Of a stretch of 64,000 nucleotides of DNA, positions 1 to 13,884 are shown one piece after another. Every line of letters starts with the position of its first letter. The first letter of the stretch is position 1. The notes under the pieces were generated by a model that saw only the letters and a list, made by a program, of their open reading frames with translations, had not been told where the DNA came from and made no database searches. Origin of the DNA: Octopus vulgaris. Lineage: Eukaryota. Where the stretch lies: contig OX597815.1 of assembly GCA_951406725.2 (NCBI GenBank), positions 165,850,001 through 165,914,000 on the forward strand, read 5' to 3'. Made by a program: the position numbers and the translations under genes.

Positions 1-268
1 CATTTTGTTACCAACCTGGCTGAAACTGGCTCTGGCTCTGAGTACAAATGTCTTGTTTTCATAAGTTTTGAATTAAAATCTTCCACCAAACTTTAGTCAC
101 AATTTATGTTCCTAACACATGTTGAATGATAACTAAGTTATTTTACTAAATTCTTTGTTATATTTAAAGTAATTGAAAGAAACATAGAGCATCTCAAATT
201 ATATTGTTATATTTTAAGTAATTGAAAGAAACACAGAGCATCTCAAATTAAATACAGTAACGAAAGGG
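1..268. mobile_element. piggyBac-type MITE (same family as 30678-30886), with an internal tandem duplication
   Basis: Reverse-complement similarity to 30678-30886; ends GAAAGGG-TTAA. Confidence 0.8.
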
Positions 269-1633
269 TTAATTTATCAACTCTGAAAAGACAAAAGGCA
301 AAGTTGACCTTGACAGAATTTGAACTCAGCAGCAGACGAAATACCGCTAAGCATTTCACCTGCTAACGATTCTGCCATCTTGCTGCCTACTATCCCTAAA
401 TATAACATCTGTTTCAACACATGATTTCACGTCAAGAATCTTGCGAAACAGATACACAATTATATCAAATGAATTACCGTGACATATTTGCTATGTATTC
501 AGACTCTGGGCCTCACTGAGGAAATGACAACAGACCAGGAGATGTGACAATCTGCTGTACTTATTAAGACACATCAAGCTAAGTAAAATCATTGTCTTCA
601 ACACATACAGGCTTGTCCTTTCAGGTGTGGGTGCTACTTGAAAAGTGCTGACGCTGTGTTAATGCAACCATGCCAGTGGCATGTAAAAAGCACCCAGCAC
701 ATTCTGTTAAGTGGTTGGTGCTAGGAAGGGCATCCAGCCATAGAAACCATACATTAACAGACAGCTGGAGTCTGGATGGCTCCCTTCTAGTCCACTCCAT
801 GCCAGACCTTCCAACCCAGATGTAAAAGCATCCATTACACTCCCAGAATGGTTGGCATTAGGAAGGGCATCCAACCATGGAAAACCATGCCAAATCAGAC
901 TGGATCCTGGTGCAGCCTTCCAGCATGCCAGCCCAGTCAAACCGTCCAACCCGTGCCAGCATGGACAACAGATGTTAAATGATGATGATGATGATGTTGA
1001 AACAGTTGTGTATGTCCATATTTTAATCTGAGTAAACCTATTTACACATACTCACATTTTGATATCAGCCTGAGTAAAAAGTAAGCAACGTTTTGAAACA
1101 TGAAATTCATCACAATATATTTCAGCAATGTAGAAATTTTATTCATCAAAGTAAGAACCATTACAATCAACACGTTTTTGCCAATGAGTTACAAGTTTGT
1201 TTATTCCAGTAACATAAAAATCTGGAGTTCTGGAGCTAATGAACTCTTTGACACTCTCAGTCTCTGACAGGCTTCTGCGCAGCTTCACTCTTTGAAATTC
1301 ACTTATAAGGCATTAGTTGTCCTGGTGCGGTAGTAGAAGACACTTGCCCAAAGTGCTGTGCAATGGGACTGAAACTGAAATCACCTGGTTGCGAAGTGAG
1401 CTTCTTAATCACTTAACCACTCAACCATGCCTGCACCTATAAGCTTCTATATTTCTCTGTTAAATGATCATCGTTCTTATGACCTATTTTTCCATACTGG
1501 TATGGCTTGGATTAATGGACACAAGATCACCTCCTCCAGTGCCCCCTTCCTTCTCAAAGGATCTTTGTCTTGCTAGTTACTTGGTCACCCTGCCAGCAAG
1601 AGAGAGAGATCTGTATGTATATATATATATATA

Positions 1634-1841
1634 TTGGTAAAAACGGTAAGATAACAAAAGAAAGAAAGAGACCTCAATATTATGTAAATAGAGGAAATTT
1701 ATCTATAAAATAATATGTTACATTTACTCAATAGTCAAGATAAAACTCTGGCCAGATAACCGAAGAGATGGTGTTGTGGATTTCCACTTCGGCATCTGAA
1801 ACTCAGAGTTTTATCTTGACTATTGAGTAAATGTAACATAT

Positions 1842-1850
<9 letters not shown>
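1634..1850. mobile_element. Penelope-like fold-back fragment embedded in (TA)n
   Basis: 47-bp inverted repeat (about 1704-1750 / 1804-1850), TA microsatellite on both sides, hammerhead-like motif at 1754-1816. Confidence 0.6.
1754..1816 (+). ncRNA. Putative minimal type I hammerhead ribozyme (variant core)
   Basis: Stem I AGATAA/TTATCT, core CCGAAGA, stem II GATG/CATC, GAAA, near-palindromic stem III ACTC-A-GAGT, GUU cleavage triplet. Confidence 0.5.
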
Positions 1851-1890
<40 letters not shown>

Positions 1891-4029
1891 CTATTATACA
1901 AAATCCGTTCTGTCTGTGTATGTGTCTTCTAGGATCTCAGGCATCCTCCACCTGATTGCGCTCAAATTTGATTTTTTTTTCTTATTTCATCTAGTTTCAG
2001 CTCACGAGCTGTGGCCATGCTGGGGCACCGCCTATATATGTAGATACTGATGGTATCAGGGCGTATATAAGTTTTGAAAAAATTATAAAAATCGATTCCA
2101 GGTGAGAATGCAAATTGATAAAACCATGGGAATGTGCTTTTGTATGCGCAAGTACATCAGCTGTTGTGATGTACTTACAGGTACTTTAAACTCTTCGGTT
2201 GCATATTTGTGTGAATAAAATCGTTTTTCTTTGGAATAGAAAAAAGTCTATCTTTGTTTCTTCTTTTGCTGGTGTCTTAAATTTAGGTTAAATCAGTGTT
2301 TCTCAAAGGCGAGGTCTATGGCACGGTCAGACAAGTTGTTTTGAGAAAATTTGGTTTAAATGTTTGGCAACTCAGCACCGTCCATTGGACGGGGGGGGGG
2401 CGTTTAGCTTGTATATATATATATATATATTTCTGTATCTTCATGCACTATGCTTATCTCTTCCTTCCCACACCTGCAGCCCAATACCTGCCATTCCACT
2501 TATTCAATTTCCTGTAACTTGAGGATATATTCTGACACACCTACACCACCATCTTGTTTCTCTTCCACCTGGGGCAACAACGTATCTCCCTTTACATCAA
2601 GGCACCTGTTCCTGTCCCCGCTATCATACTTTAATCTCTCATCATATGGCATAAAGCCAAGTTCCTCGATATTGCTCTCTGACTCATTTGAGGAGTCTTG
2701 TCTTACATGTTATTTGATGACCTCACTAGTGCCAGTATTGTGCTAAATGTATTTCTACCACTCTCTTTTGCTGAATCAGTAAGTTATGGGGATGTAAATA
2801 AACCAGTACCAGCTGTCAAGTGGTGATGGGAAACAAACACAAAGGCACACACATACCACACACAAACATGCATGCACACATACACACACACACGTAGTAA
2901 GCCTCTTTCAGTTTCCATTTACTAAATCCACTCACAAGGCTTTGATGTAATTGCGGCTATAGTAGAAGACATGAGCCCAAGGTGTCACAAAGTGAGAACA
3001 AACTGAAGATCACATGGTAAGGAAGCAAGCTTCTTATCCACACAACCACATCTGATGATGATGATGATGATGATTGTTGATGAAACTGGATAAGACAGTA
3101 AGTGCATGGAAGACTATCAGATGAACATAACCTGCAATTAAAAGAACTTAGTCCTGTCATACACAGTCCTGTCGTGGTGATTCTGACTGACAGGTACATT
3201 TAGGGACAATCCATACACTTGTTTGTAAAATGCTTGGCCACATAATTTATAATTTAATGAGTGGGTAGTTCATTTGATTGAACAATTGTAATACTAATCA
3301 TGGAAATTGACTCAGAATCCAGAGAATGTACATCTAGATCATCTATATACATGAATTTATACATGCATGTATATGTGTCTGTATGTGAGTATATATATAT
3401 ATGTATGTTTGTATCTCTGTGTGTATATATGATGATGATATGCCAGCTGAATTCAATTTGTCTCCAGTCGAAAGACGCCTGTTGTGATGTCCTGTTATTA
3501 TTATTATTATTATTGTTGTTTTTTTGTATTATTTTTGTATTTATATTCGTGTAACATCGTCCATTTTTCCATCCTTGTTTCGTATACATTCGAAGCTTTT
3601 TTCCAAAGAATCTAATGCTCCTAGCTTAGTTTTTCCTTGGGGCTGGCCAGATTGGAGCAATCTCAAGATTAATCAGCTGAAATTGCGAGGCTGATCTGGT
3701 TCTTGACTGAAGATTGAAGGCTTCGAATGAGCCATCCATGTTTTTTGATTCGTCTTCTGGATGTTTTGCATTCTTGTCCCATTTTTATATTTATATATAT
3801 ATATGATCATCATCACCATCATCATTTAATGCTTGTTTCCCATGCTGGCATGGGTTTGATGGTTTCACAGGTGCTGGTAATCCAAAGGAGTGCACCTGAC
3901 TTTACTGGTTGCTATATATAAAGTGATGAGAAAGGATCTACAAACATTGGGACTCACAGAGGGGATGACAGGGGAGCGAGACACCTGGCAGTTTGCTGTG
4001 CTTCAAAAGACATACCAGTCTAAGTAAAT

Positions 4030-5222
4030 AGCAGAGTAATGAATGCCATGGGGACCGTTGTAGAGGCAGTCTTAATGGAGACCAATGAGGAGGGCGGTAG
4101 CACCACCAGCAGTGAGGATGAGAAAGTTGATTTCTTCAGCAACATCACTTGGTTCTGGGAGAGCAGGAGTCACAGGTCACTGAAGTCCAAAGCGCAGAAC
4201 TTGGACTTAGCTGGAGGCCATCACGAAGGAGGCCCTGACTGAAGTCACCATTTTGAGTGAAAAGGTCTTGATCGACCTGTTCATCAAGTATAACACCACC
4301 ATCCCATCTAGTACTGCAGTTGAGTGCCTCTATAGGCAAAGATATTTTGAGGGCCAAGAGAGCCACCCTGTCAGATGGTAACTTTGAGAGGCTGATATTT
4401 ATGAAGGGCAACCAGCATCATGTCAAGGTGATGGAGAAGGCCTAGCCTTGATCATCTGATCTTGGCATGCTACCTATGCTATACTATACATTTTTGGTTC
4501 GTTTAATACTTTTTGTACAGTAAATAAAGTGTATGTTGACTGACTGAAAAACTAATTTTTAAATTTTATTTGTTCATTTAATTATTTGCATACACCTTGA
4601 TCATCATCTGATCTTGGCATGCTGGAGCACCGCCTTTAATCGAGCAACTCGACCCCGGGACTTATTCTTTGCAAGCCCAGTACTTATTCTATCGGTCTCT
4701 TTTGCCGAACCGCTAAGTTATGGGGACGCAAACACACCAGCATCGGTTGTCAAGCAATGCTAAGTGGACAAACACAGACACACAAACATACACACACATA
4801 CATATATATATATATACATATATACGACAGGCTTCTTTCAGTTTCCGTCTACCAAATCCACTCACAAGGCATTGGTTGGCCCGAGGCTATAGTAGAAGAC
4901 ACTTGCCCAAGGTACCACACAGTGGGACTGAACCCAGAACCATGTGGTTGGTAAGCAAGCTACTTACCACACAGCCACTCCTGCGCCTTATGTCTAAGCT
5001 ACAACATGAAAATTTCAGCTCTCTAGATTTGTTTTTAAGGGTTTTAAGGCCAAGAAATGAAACTGAAGTTAAATTCATATGATAAAAGTTAGTGGTTATC
5101 CGTTAGCATTAGCTTCTGCTAATTCTTTTACCTGTTTAGTGGTATAGCATTTGCAGAGTTCATTTTTTAGTTAGGGGATGAGCGGTTAGCGAAGCTAACT
5201 TTTTGGTTAGCTGAGTCGGCCT
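4030..5222 (+). mobile_element. hAT DNA transposon 3' remnant, interrupted by a SINE
   Basis: About 4262-4445 encodes LFIKYNTTIPSSTAVECL/IGKDILRAKRATLSDGNFERLIFMKGN with one frameshift (hAT C-terminal dimerisation motif); repeated GTTAGC-like subterminal motifs at 5088-5212. Confidence 0.75.
4617..4988 (-). mobile_element. SINE family A (tRNA-derived head, internal CA/TA microsatellite)
   Basis: A box TGGCTGTGTGG, B box GGTTCAGTCC; other copies at about 1260-1440, 2750-3050, 19611-20001, 20023-20384, 20678-20856(+), 31506-32036, 40881-41280, 44925-45283, 50803-51150. Confidence 0.9.
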
Positions 5223-5231
5223 GAAGGCCTC

Positions 5232-5380
5232 ATGCTCTTAGGAATGACTCATTGCAAACAAGCACAGGTGGAGTTCCTGCTCAACCTCGTCAATGCCCTA
5301 TTAATGGAGCAAGTTGTACTTAGACCAACTAGGGCAAATAACATTTTGGATCTCTGTATATATATATATATATGTATATA

Positions 5381-5413
<33 letters not shown>

Positions 5414-5628
5414 ATATATATGTACATGCAAACTGGTTCTCAAACAATATGGACGTCGTTCATGATGTGAAAGCGACGCCGACATTAGTCTCGGATCACA
5501 ACATAATAGAGCTGTCTATGTTTGGGCCAAAAGTAGCCAGAGACATACAGCTTAAAGGAAGCACCTGAAATCTCTCCAATCTGAACTTCCACAAAGCAGA
5601 CTGGAAATTGATCCAAAAAGAGATCCCC

Positions 5629-5630
<2 letters not shown>
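5232..5630 (+). pseudogene. LINE APE endonuclease fragment interrupted by a (TA)n microsatellite
   Basis: QVVLRPTRANNILDLC ... LVSDHNIIEL ... NFHKADW, homologous to the APE C-terminal part of LINE ORF2s. Confidence 0.8.
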
Positions 5631-5674
<44 letters not shown>

Positions 5675-5676
<2 letters not shown>

Positions 5677-6353
5677 TCATCATCATCATCATCATCATCG
5701 TTTAACGTCCGTTCTCCATGCTAGCATGGGTTGGACAGTTCGACCGGGGATCTGGGAAGCCAGAAGGCTGCACCAGGCTCCAGTCTAATCTGGCAATGTT
5801 TCTACAGCTGGATGCCCTTCCTAACGCCAACCACTCCGTGAGTGTAGTGGGTGCTTTTTACGTGCCACCTGCACAGGTGCCAGGTGAGGCTGGCAACGGC
5901 CACGGTCGGATTGGTGTATTTTATGTGCCACCGGCACGGAAGCCAGTCGAGGCGGTGCTGGCATCGGCCACGAGTCGGATAGTGCTTTTTACGTACCACC
6001 AGACCAGGGATCCTGGCTGGTTCAATTCGATTTCGATTTCCCCAACATGTCTTCACAAGCAAAGGGGGTTGGCATGGGTGCCTGTCGTACAGTTGGATTG
6101 GAGTATTTTATGTGCCACCGGCACGGAAACCAGTCGAAGCGGCGCTGGCATCGGCCACGAGTCGGATAGTGCTTTTTACGTACCACCAGACCAGGGATCC
6201 TGGCTGGTTCAATTCGGTTTCGATTTCGATTTCGCTGGCCCCAACATGTCTTCGCAAGCAGAGGGGGTTGGCATGGGTGCCTGTCGTCGGATGAGGTTCT
6301 ATATCGACTTCGCTTGCCTCAACAGGTCTTTGTGTCCAAGGGAGGAAAGGCGA
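5675..6353 (-). mobile_element. SINE-like family C ((GAT)n tail, internal repeated TTTTACGTGCCACCGGCAC modules) with an internal duplication
   Basis: Other copies at about 660-997(+), 14900-15212(+), 18770-19183(+), 22288-22485(-), 32893-33193(-), 34271-34500(-), 37230-37510(+), 37709-38125(-), 62342-62560(-), 63343-63445(-). Confidence 0.85.
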
Positions 6354-6395
6354 TGTATATGTATATATTTGTATATGTATATATATATGTATATA

Positions 6396-6429
<34 letters not shown>

Positions 6430-6860
6430 TATATATATGTATGTGTATATATATGTATGTATATATGTGTATATATATGTATATATGTGTATATATATAT
6501 ATATGTATATATGTGTATATATATATATATGTATATATGTGTATATATATATATATGTATATATGTGTATATATATATATATGTATATATGTGTATATAT
6601 ATATATATGTATATATGTGTATATATATATATATGTATATATGTGTATATATATGTGTATTTATATGTATATATATGTGTATTTATATGTATATATGTGT
6701 ATATATATATATGTATATATGTGTATTTATATGTATATATATATGTGTATTTATATGTATATATATGTGTATTTATATGTATATATATGTGTATGTATAT
6801 ATATGTGTATGTATATATATATATGTATGTCTATATGTGTGTATGCATATGTATATATGT
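6354..6860. repeat. Long compound (TA)/(TG) microsatellite
   Basis: Direct inspection; source of the spurious YI/CV-rich ORFs. Confidence 0.97.
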
Positions 6861-7084
6861 AAGCGTACATACACAAACACATTCACGCATGCATATAATC
6901 TTCATCATTATCTTTTCCTGTCTGCTTTCTATGCTGTCAGTGGTCATATACTAGGCTTCTTTCAGTTTTCCTTTACCAAATCCAGTTATCCAACATGCCA
7001 TCAGTGGAACTGATCCTCAAACCTCATGATTGAGACATGATTATCTCAAACACACAGCCATATACCTTTATTTGTATATGTTTA

Positions 7085-7482
7085 CTAGCAGTATCGCCTG
7101 GCGTTGCTTGGGTTTGTAAGGGAAATAACTATATAAGCATTTTTAGAGAGTTATAGCCAAAAAATAGCAAAAAAATGCATTAAAAATGGAAAAAAAATTA
7201 TGGTAAATTTTTTTTTATATCGTTGACTCATCATAGACATTTTTAGAGAGTTACTTTCCTTATATAATAGCGAAAAAAATGCATTAAAATGGAAAAAAAA
7301 TTATGGTAAATTTATTTTTAAATCGTAGACTCATCGTAGATGCGCGCTAATACCCAGAAGGGCTCGATATGAATCACGACTATAAGATACCTGGTTTTGG
7401 TTAAACTGCACCGCAAAATGTGGGAGTAGTTAGGAATCTAAATCGTAGGAGACAGACACAACTTGACTTTTATATATAAAGA
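7085..7482 (-). mobile_element. Non-autonomous Helitron
   Basis: On the minus strand: A|TC 5' end, subterminal GC hairpin, CTAG|T 3' end; near-identical copy at 58491-58884. Confidence 0.85.
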
Positions 7483-8139
7483 TATGTGCATGTGTGTGTT
7501 ACATACTGTGCATTGGTTGTTTGCATATGTACATGCAAACTGAGATGCATACATGCAGTTTTAATATCTCATTCCTGTGCATGACTCATATATATATATA
7601 TATATATATATACATACAAATATATATATACTTACATATACATATTTAGAGGGAAATTTACAAATAGAAAACAATCAAATGCAATACAAAATAACACATT
7701 CTACAAATTTGGGGAAACAGAAAAATATGCCAAATATTTCTGAAATCCAAATTCTTTTAGTCAACTTGAGAGTTGACAAATTTTTATAATTCATTGCATT
7801 CTGAAGTAGTATTATATATATATAATATATATTGTGTATTCCAGCTGCACATATTATAAAGACATATATTCACAAGTATTATAAGGTTGTAATGGTGGTG
7901 GCAGTGAGAGTGGGACGACAATAGTGGTAGTGCTCTTTTGACATCTAGGTAATTGGTTGGAAACTTGGATATATGATGCACATGTTTAATATCCCATATA
8001 AATACCATTCCTTCAATGCACACACTCTGGCATCTAATGTTGCAGTGTAGGCATCTTTTATCTATTATTTGTTTCATTTAAATCCTGACCTTCAAATCCT
8101 GCTGAGGTTAATTTTACCATTTCTCCTTTTAGGGCCAAT

Positions 8140-8692
8140 AAAATATAATAATGAAATTATTGTATACAGTGCTCAGGTGCACCACAACTTGACAAAAAGT
8201 ACATATAAAGTATATGCAGTAATGTACAAATGTCTGGAAAGTGAACAGTGTATGAGTCAGATACATGCTTGCGTGTGTATGGAGGGGGGAAAATCAGGTG
8301 TAGTGTTGGTGAATCTCAGGAAGCATGGAAGTTTTGAAGGATGCAATACTCTGACAACTAACAACTGATGCCTGCAGTCTGTTCCATGCTTCAGCAACTC
8401 TTAGCGTGAAAAAATGTTTCCGAAAGTCATGGGAGCTGTGCTGTTTTCTGACTTTGTAAACATGTCCACGGGTGTTAGACGGGTGGAGTTTGAAAAGGTG
8501 CTCAGAGTTATTGTTTGTAAGATGGTTAATAATTTTATGGGTGTCTGCCAAGTCAGCTGCCAGACGTCGGAGTTTCAATGTGTCCATGCCCAGGGAAGTA
8601 AGGCGTTCAGAATATGGCAAATGCCTGATAGAGGGTATTCTCTTGGTTGCACGTCGCTGAATGGCTTCAGACGATTAATATCCTGGGCAAGA
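8140..8692 (-). mobile_element. 5'-truncated 3' fragment of a related CR1-group LINE subfamily
   Basis: ORF 8294-8620 closely resembles the ORF2 C-terminus at 53855-54180; same terminal stem-loop at 8168-8183 but a longer, different 3' UTR. Confidence 0.92.
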
Positions 8693-8756
8693 TCACTCGA
8701 GTACGGGGGGAAATAGTTTCATCATACCCTCAAAATTGTTGTCTTGGGGCCTAAAA

Positions 8757-9215
8757 TAGGTGGTGAGTTGGCAGAACTTATAGCATACCAGACAAAATGT
8801 TTGGCTGCATTTTTCTGACCTTACATTCTGAATTCATTTCTGCTGAGACTGATTTTGCTTTTCATCTTTAGAGGGTCGATAAAATAAAGTACCAGTCAAT
8901 CACTGGGGTTGATGTAGTCAACTTACCCACTCCCCTAAAATTGCGGGCCATGTGCCAGTTTGTAGAATTATTACCATGCCAAACAAAATGCCTTGTGTTA
9001 TTTCTCCCCCGGTGTTACATTCTTAACTCAAATGTTACTCAGGCTGACTTTGCCTTTCATTCTTTAGGGGTCATTACAAAAAGTTCTAGTTGAGCCCTGG
9101 GATTAATGTAATCTACTAGCCCACTTCCCCACAAATTTCAGGCCTTGCGTTAATACTAGAAAAGATTTCTTCTTCTTCTTCTTCTTCTTCTTCCCTCCTC
9201 CTCCTCCTCATCATC

Positions 9216-9247
<32 letters not shown>

Positions 9248-9725
9248 GTAAGTCAGCGAGATGGCAGAATCATTAGCACACCAGGTAAAATGCTTAGTGG
9301 TATTTCACCCATCTTTACATTCTGAATTCAAATTTCGTCGAGGTCATCTTTACTTTTCACCCTTTCGGGGTTGATAAATCAAGTACCAGTCAAATACTGG
9401 GGTTGATGTAATCAACTTGTTCCCTCCCACAAATTTCAGGCCTTGTGCCTATAATAGAAAGGATTGTTATTGTATAAGACGGCAAGCTGGCAGAATCGTT
9501 AGTATGCTGGGCAAAATGCTTAGTGGTACTTCACCCATCTTTATGTTCTGGGTTCAAATTCCGCTGAGGTTGACTTTGCCTTTCATTGTTTTGGGGTTGG
9601 TAAATTAAGTACCAGTTAAATACTGGGGTCATTGTGATTGACTTTCCCCCTCCCCACAAATTTCAGGCCTTGTACCTATAGTAGAAAGGATTATTATTAT
9701 TATTATCATCATTATTATTATTATT
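8757..9725 (+). mobile_element. Head-to-tail cluster of about 5 diverged SINE family B copies with (TTA)n tails
   Basis: Repeated unit TGGCAGAATCGTTAG...GTTCAAATTCC...GATAAA..AAGTACCAG; clean single copies at 45606-45845(+) and 46750-46963(-). Confidence 0.85.
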
Positions 9726-9987
9726 GAGTGAGAGAGCCGTGCATGCCATCAAAGTGACACTGGGGTAAAATATACGAAGCCCAATATACCCATCATGACT
9801 ACCCATCTGATAAGGGTACACCAGGCACATGCATCACAACCATATGTGCGCGACATGGTGATCTCATATCAAGATAAACAGCACATGACCTTGCAGGTGG
9901 GGCCCAGTTAGAATTTTCTTCAGGTTGAGTAGCCCATCCCGCTCAAAGGTCCCTGAATAAGGGTTGTTTAAGGATGTTGAAAGAACC
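9726..9987. mobile_element. Unclassified insert within a (TTA)n microsatellite, possibly the 3' end of a TAA-targeting R4/Dong element
   Basis: Non-microsatellite ~260 bp flanked on both sides by (TTA)n; family assignment is inference. Confidence 0.4.
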
Positions 9988-10035
<48 letters not shown>

Positions 10036-10972
10036 ATTACTGGGATATTGGCACTTTGCTATAAGAGGTCTTTCAGTCAGCTGTCGAAATGTTGACAGCT
10101 TGTGTGTGAATTAAGCGAGCACACTCCTTCAAAAAAAAAAGTCTTAAACTGTTCAAATGTTTGTATAGGTGTGTGAATATGTTTGTTAATGTAAGAACAT
10201 GTGCTGGTGCTTTGTTGTATATCTGTGTAAGACAGTGTATCCTCAACACCTCAAATCTCTTAGGAGAGGAACAAAAAAAGCCATAAAAGGTAATCTTTTT
10301 ATGAGTGAAATCCATGATCAGTGTTCAAATTCCAGTTGATGCCATTTAATCTTACTTGTGCTATTTACTAATGCCCCAGAGAAAGGCATATATGCAGGGC
10401 TTGATTTAGGCCTGGTTGGGCCCCTAAGTCAATAGATGAGTAAAATAAAATTACAAAGTATTTATTTGCTTACTGTAAATATATATTTTTAAATATTTAA
10501 CTCCAAGTTTTTGGTTTCTCTGAGTTAAAGGGGTCCTCTCCAAACCTGGAGATCCATATTGGCCCATACATAAGTCCAGCGCTGCATATGTTACATGCTT
10601 TGCTCCCTGCTTCGCAATAAAGCTGAGGTTTCTTTGCTTCATCAGAAGAAATGAGATCCTACCCTACCTCACCTGTCTAGTCTGCAGCCATATTCCAGTT
10701 CCAAATAGAAACTAATTCACTTCTCTCATATCTCTAATCTAAATGGAGACCATCACATCACACCCCATTAGCCATTATAAATCTGAGACCATGTGGCATT
10801 AGAAAATAAATAAAAATTAAAAATCAATATTCTTGAACTTGTGTCATGTCTTCTTACTTTTTCAAAAGTTTAATGATTGCTTTTGATTGTTTTTCTTCTT
10901 TTTTCTTTGATCGTTTGATAATTATTAATTGCTATATTTATCATTAAAAAATTTTTTTTCTATTTTTTTCAG

Positions 10973-11011
10973 CGAAAAATTCTTGATGGCAGTTTAGGTT
11001 TTGCTGCAGGG
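10973..11011 (+). CDS. SLC39A11: ZIP11/SLC39A11 zinc transporter, internal coding exon (39 nt)
   Basis: Polypyrimidine tract + AG (10971-2) and GTAAG donor; encodes RKILDGSLGFAAG, matching the ZIP11 segment leading into TM2; phase 0/0. Confidence 0.93.
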
Positions 11012-11041
11012 GTAAGAGATATTTTTTTTATATTGTGTGTA

Positions 11042-11074
<33 letters not shown>

Positions 11075-11715
11075 ATTTTTTTATTCACCATAAGGTTGAG
11101 AAAAAGAGGGGACGATACGAGGACAGACAAAAAACAAACAATTAAAATATATACAATTAAATGAGAATGAGTGATTTACAAAAAATGAAGAGAGAGTATA
11201 TATATGTACCATATTTTTTAGCATACAAGTCAAATTTTTCAGACCAAAATTTACAGCCAAAAAACAAGTAGGTCGACTTATACACCAAGATGACTGGAGA
11301 AAAATTTCGTGTGAAATGCAGGAACAAGATTTGGGAAGATAATGACAATGTTTGAATATTTACACTACATATTTACACTATATATTATATCAACTTGTAA
11401 GCTTGAAAATATGTACTACCTGAACTAATGAGTTGATACAACTGAGTTGGTGATAGAAGTTGAACAAAGCAGGTGGTAGTATGTTCAATCATTGCCATGA
11501 GAAGGAAGTTGACGGAAGATAATGTATTACACTACTTGTTCATAGGCTGGTAATTCATATTCCACAGCAGGTGTTTCATTTCATTTTGGTGTAGGAAACA
11601 ATAATTCTGCATGCTTCAGTTTACTTTGCAGTTTTGTTAACCAGAACTTAACCATTTTGATTCCAATCTATTTAAGACTGCCCTTAGTTCTATAGTACAA
11701 ATTTCCTGATATCTA

Positions 11716-12228
11716 CCATAAATCTTCGGGTATAATCCTCATTTTTCCCCAAAAAATTTAAGGGTCAAAATCCCTAGTGCATACTATATATGAGGTTAAA
11801 AATGAAAATTATTTTCTAAGCCATGTCTGAATCTCTATTTGTTGTCTGGCAATGTTTATTCTGATGCATTTTGTGATGTCAGGTGTGAAAATACCTTAAG
11901 CTAAGCCTGAAAGCAATGAAGTCATAAAAGAATCATCTATAACTTTCAATAAGCAACATTTATTAAATGTTATTACTGTTATTTCTTTATTTTCTGCAAA
12001 CAAAATGCACAAAAAAGCTACACGTTTACAGTATGTTATTTATACAATACTAGTAAAGGATGTTACCATATACAGTTTTACAAACCAAGGATGTTATATA
12101 GACCTCCTTGACTCAAGTTAGAGAAGGGGTGCATATTATACGCAAGGTTTAGGTTTTTCAGAGGTACAGCTCCCTATAAATCCCCTGCGTATTATACTCA
12201 AGAGCGGACTATACTCGAAGATTTACGG
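11716..12228. mobile_element. Non-autonomous Tc1/mariner-superfamily (pogo-like) element
   Basis: TA flanks; TIRs CCATAAATCTTCGGGTATA / TATACTCGAAGATTTACGG; appears nested in a degenerate TTAA-flanked element (about 11648-12381). Confidence 0.75.
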
Positions 12229-13484
12229 TAATTAAAATTTTCTTTTAAAAATTTCATTCTAATTTATGTTCCAAAGGTCAGCTTAATAATAGCAGAATTA
12301 TTAGAAATATTCTCCATTATTCCTAAAATTAACTCAAATAAAGAGAATACTTTCAACAGATATATGGTAACAAAAGGGTCAAGTAAAATCCTGAAACAAC
12401 GGCATTTTATTGTTGTGGACATTTCTTGCATATCTGGTCATTGTCATTCTTTGACGTTCTTAATGGATAATAGAAATTTTTTTCCGTTTCCTTTCTCCTA
12501 TCTCACCATTGTGCTGACATATCAAAAATAATTATGTTGGCCTGTTTGATGGGAGCAGTTGTTACAGCAGTCACCACAGATGAAAACTGTCGTATTGAGT
12601 TGATCTCTAGTCTGCTTTTTGTCTTTTTAATGCCTGAAGTTGATTTCAATTATCTTCCTATTTTTACAACTTTATCTTCGTATCATGTTTCTAGGATAAA
12701 TGTTTTGAGGTTATGTCTTCCCATTTCTATTTCAATGTGTACAAAATAAAGGCCTGTTTAGCATACATACATCTAAGGTCGAGATGGCCTGTTAGATGTA
12801 ACATACAATTAGGGTGACTACATATCATTGCTATTATGTTAAACTATTGTATGTCCAATTTTGGTCAAATGTGTTTTTTTTCAATATTCATTTTTGCTTG
12901 CAATAGCTGGTTCTTTTGGTCAAACTATCATATAACCAGCTGCTTCAGATGCCAAGATATCAAAAATTGTCAAAGTGTAAATACAATGGTTTTGCTATGG
13001 AATGGTGAAACTATTTTTTTATTTTCTGAAAAAAACGTTTTGAACTTACAACACTTTTGCATAATAGCAATGATATTAAAATCCTTAGGAATGTGACATC
13101 TGGTCATGAGATGCACATAACTAAGCTATTACAAACAATACTCACTGAGTCAATATAATTGAGATCTACATCTGCCAAGGACCTTAGAATTGGTGACCTT
13201 GTCTTCTTATGTGATGTCTAAGATTTGTAAATTTATCATATGTGAAGATATTTCATGCATATCTCATAAATACTGTAAAATCTAGAAACTTGTCTGGCCA
13301 GTGGAAAATTATTTATCTCTACTGAATATTTAAGTTGGCACAAAAAGTATGAACTGGACTTGAGCCTTTACAGCAGTATCAACTGCTGTGATTCATATAT
13401 CTTAGTATGTTAACTGTGTCTGATCCAACTCTTGATACTCAGCTGCAGCCAAGTTTGATTGCAGTTGATAGCTTTTGAAGGTAT

Positions 13485-13884
13485 ACTCTTTTACTCTTTT
13501 ACTTGTTTCAGTCATTTGACTGTGGCCATGCTGGAGCACCGCCTTTAGTCAAGCAAATCGTAATTGTAGGCCTAGTACTTATTCTGTCGTCTCCTTTGCT
13601 GAACTGCTAAGTTACGGGGACATAAACACACCAAAATCGGTTGTCAAGCGATGTTGGGGAGACAAACACAGACACACAAACATATACACACACATGCATA
13701 CATATATATATGCATATATATGACGGGCTTCTTTCAGTTTCCGGCTACCAAATCCACTCACAAGGCCTTGCTAGGCCTGAGGCTATAGTAGAAGACACTT
13801 GCCCAAGGTGCCATGCAGTGGGACTGAACCCAGATCCATGTGGTTGGTAAGCAAGCTACTTACCACACAGCCACTCCTACGCCT
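13485..13884 (-). mobile_element. SINE family A copy
   Basis: High similarity to 4617-4988; (AAAAGAGT)n-type tail. Confidence 0.9.

Noticed and set aside
5718-7013. 431-aa ORF and overlapping YI/CV-rich ORFs
   Set aside because: SINE sequence running into a TA/TG microsatellite that lacks stops; no protein features.
8757-9725. Regularly spaced repeats resembling a CRISPR array
   Set aside because: Units are ~200-bp diverged SINEs with no unique spacers or cas genes, in a eukaryotic intron.
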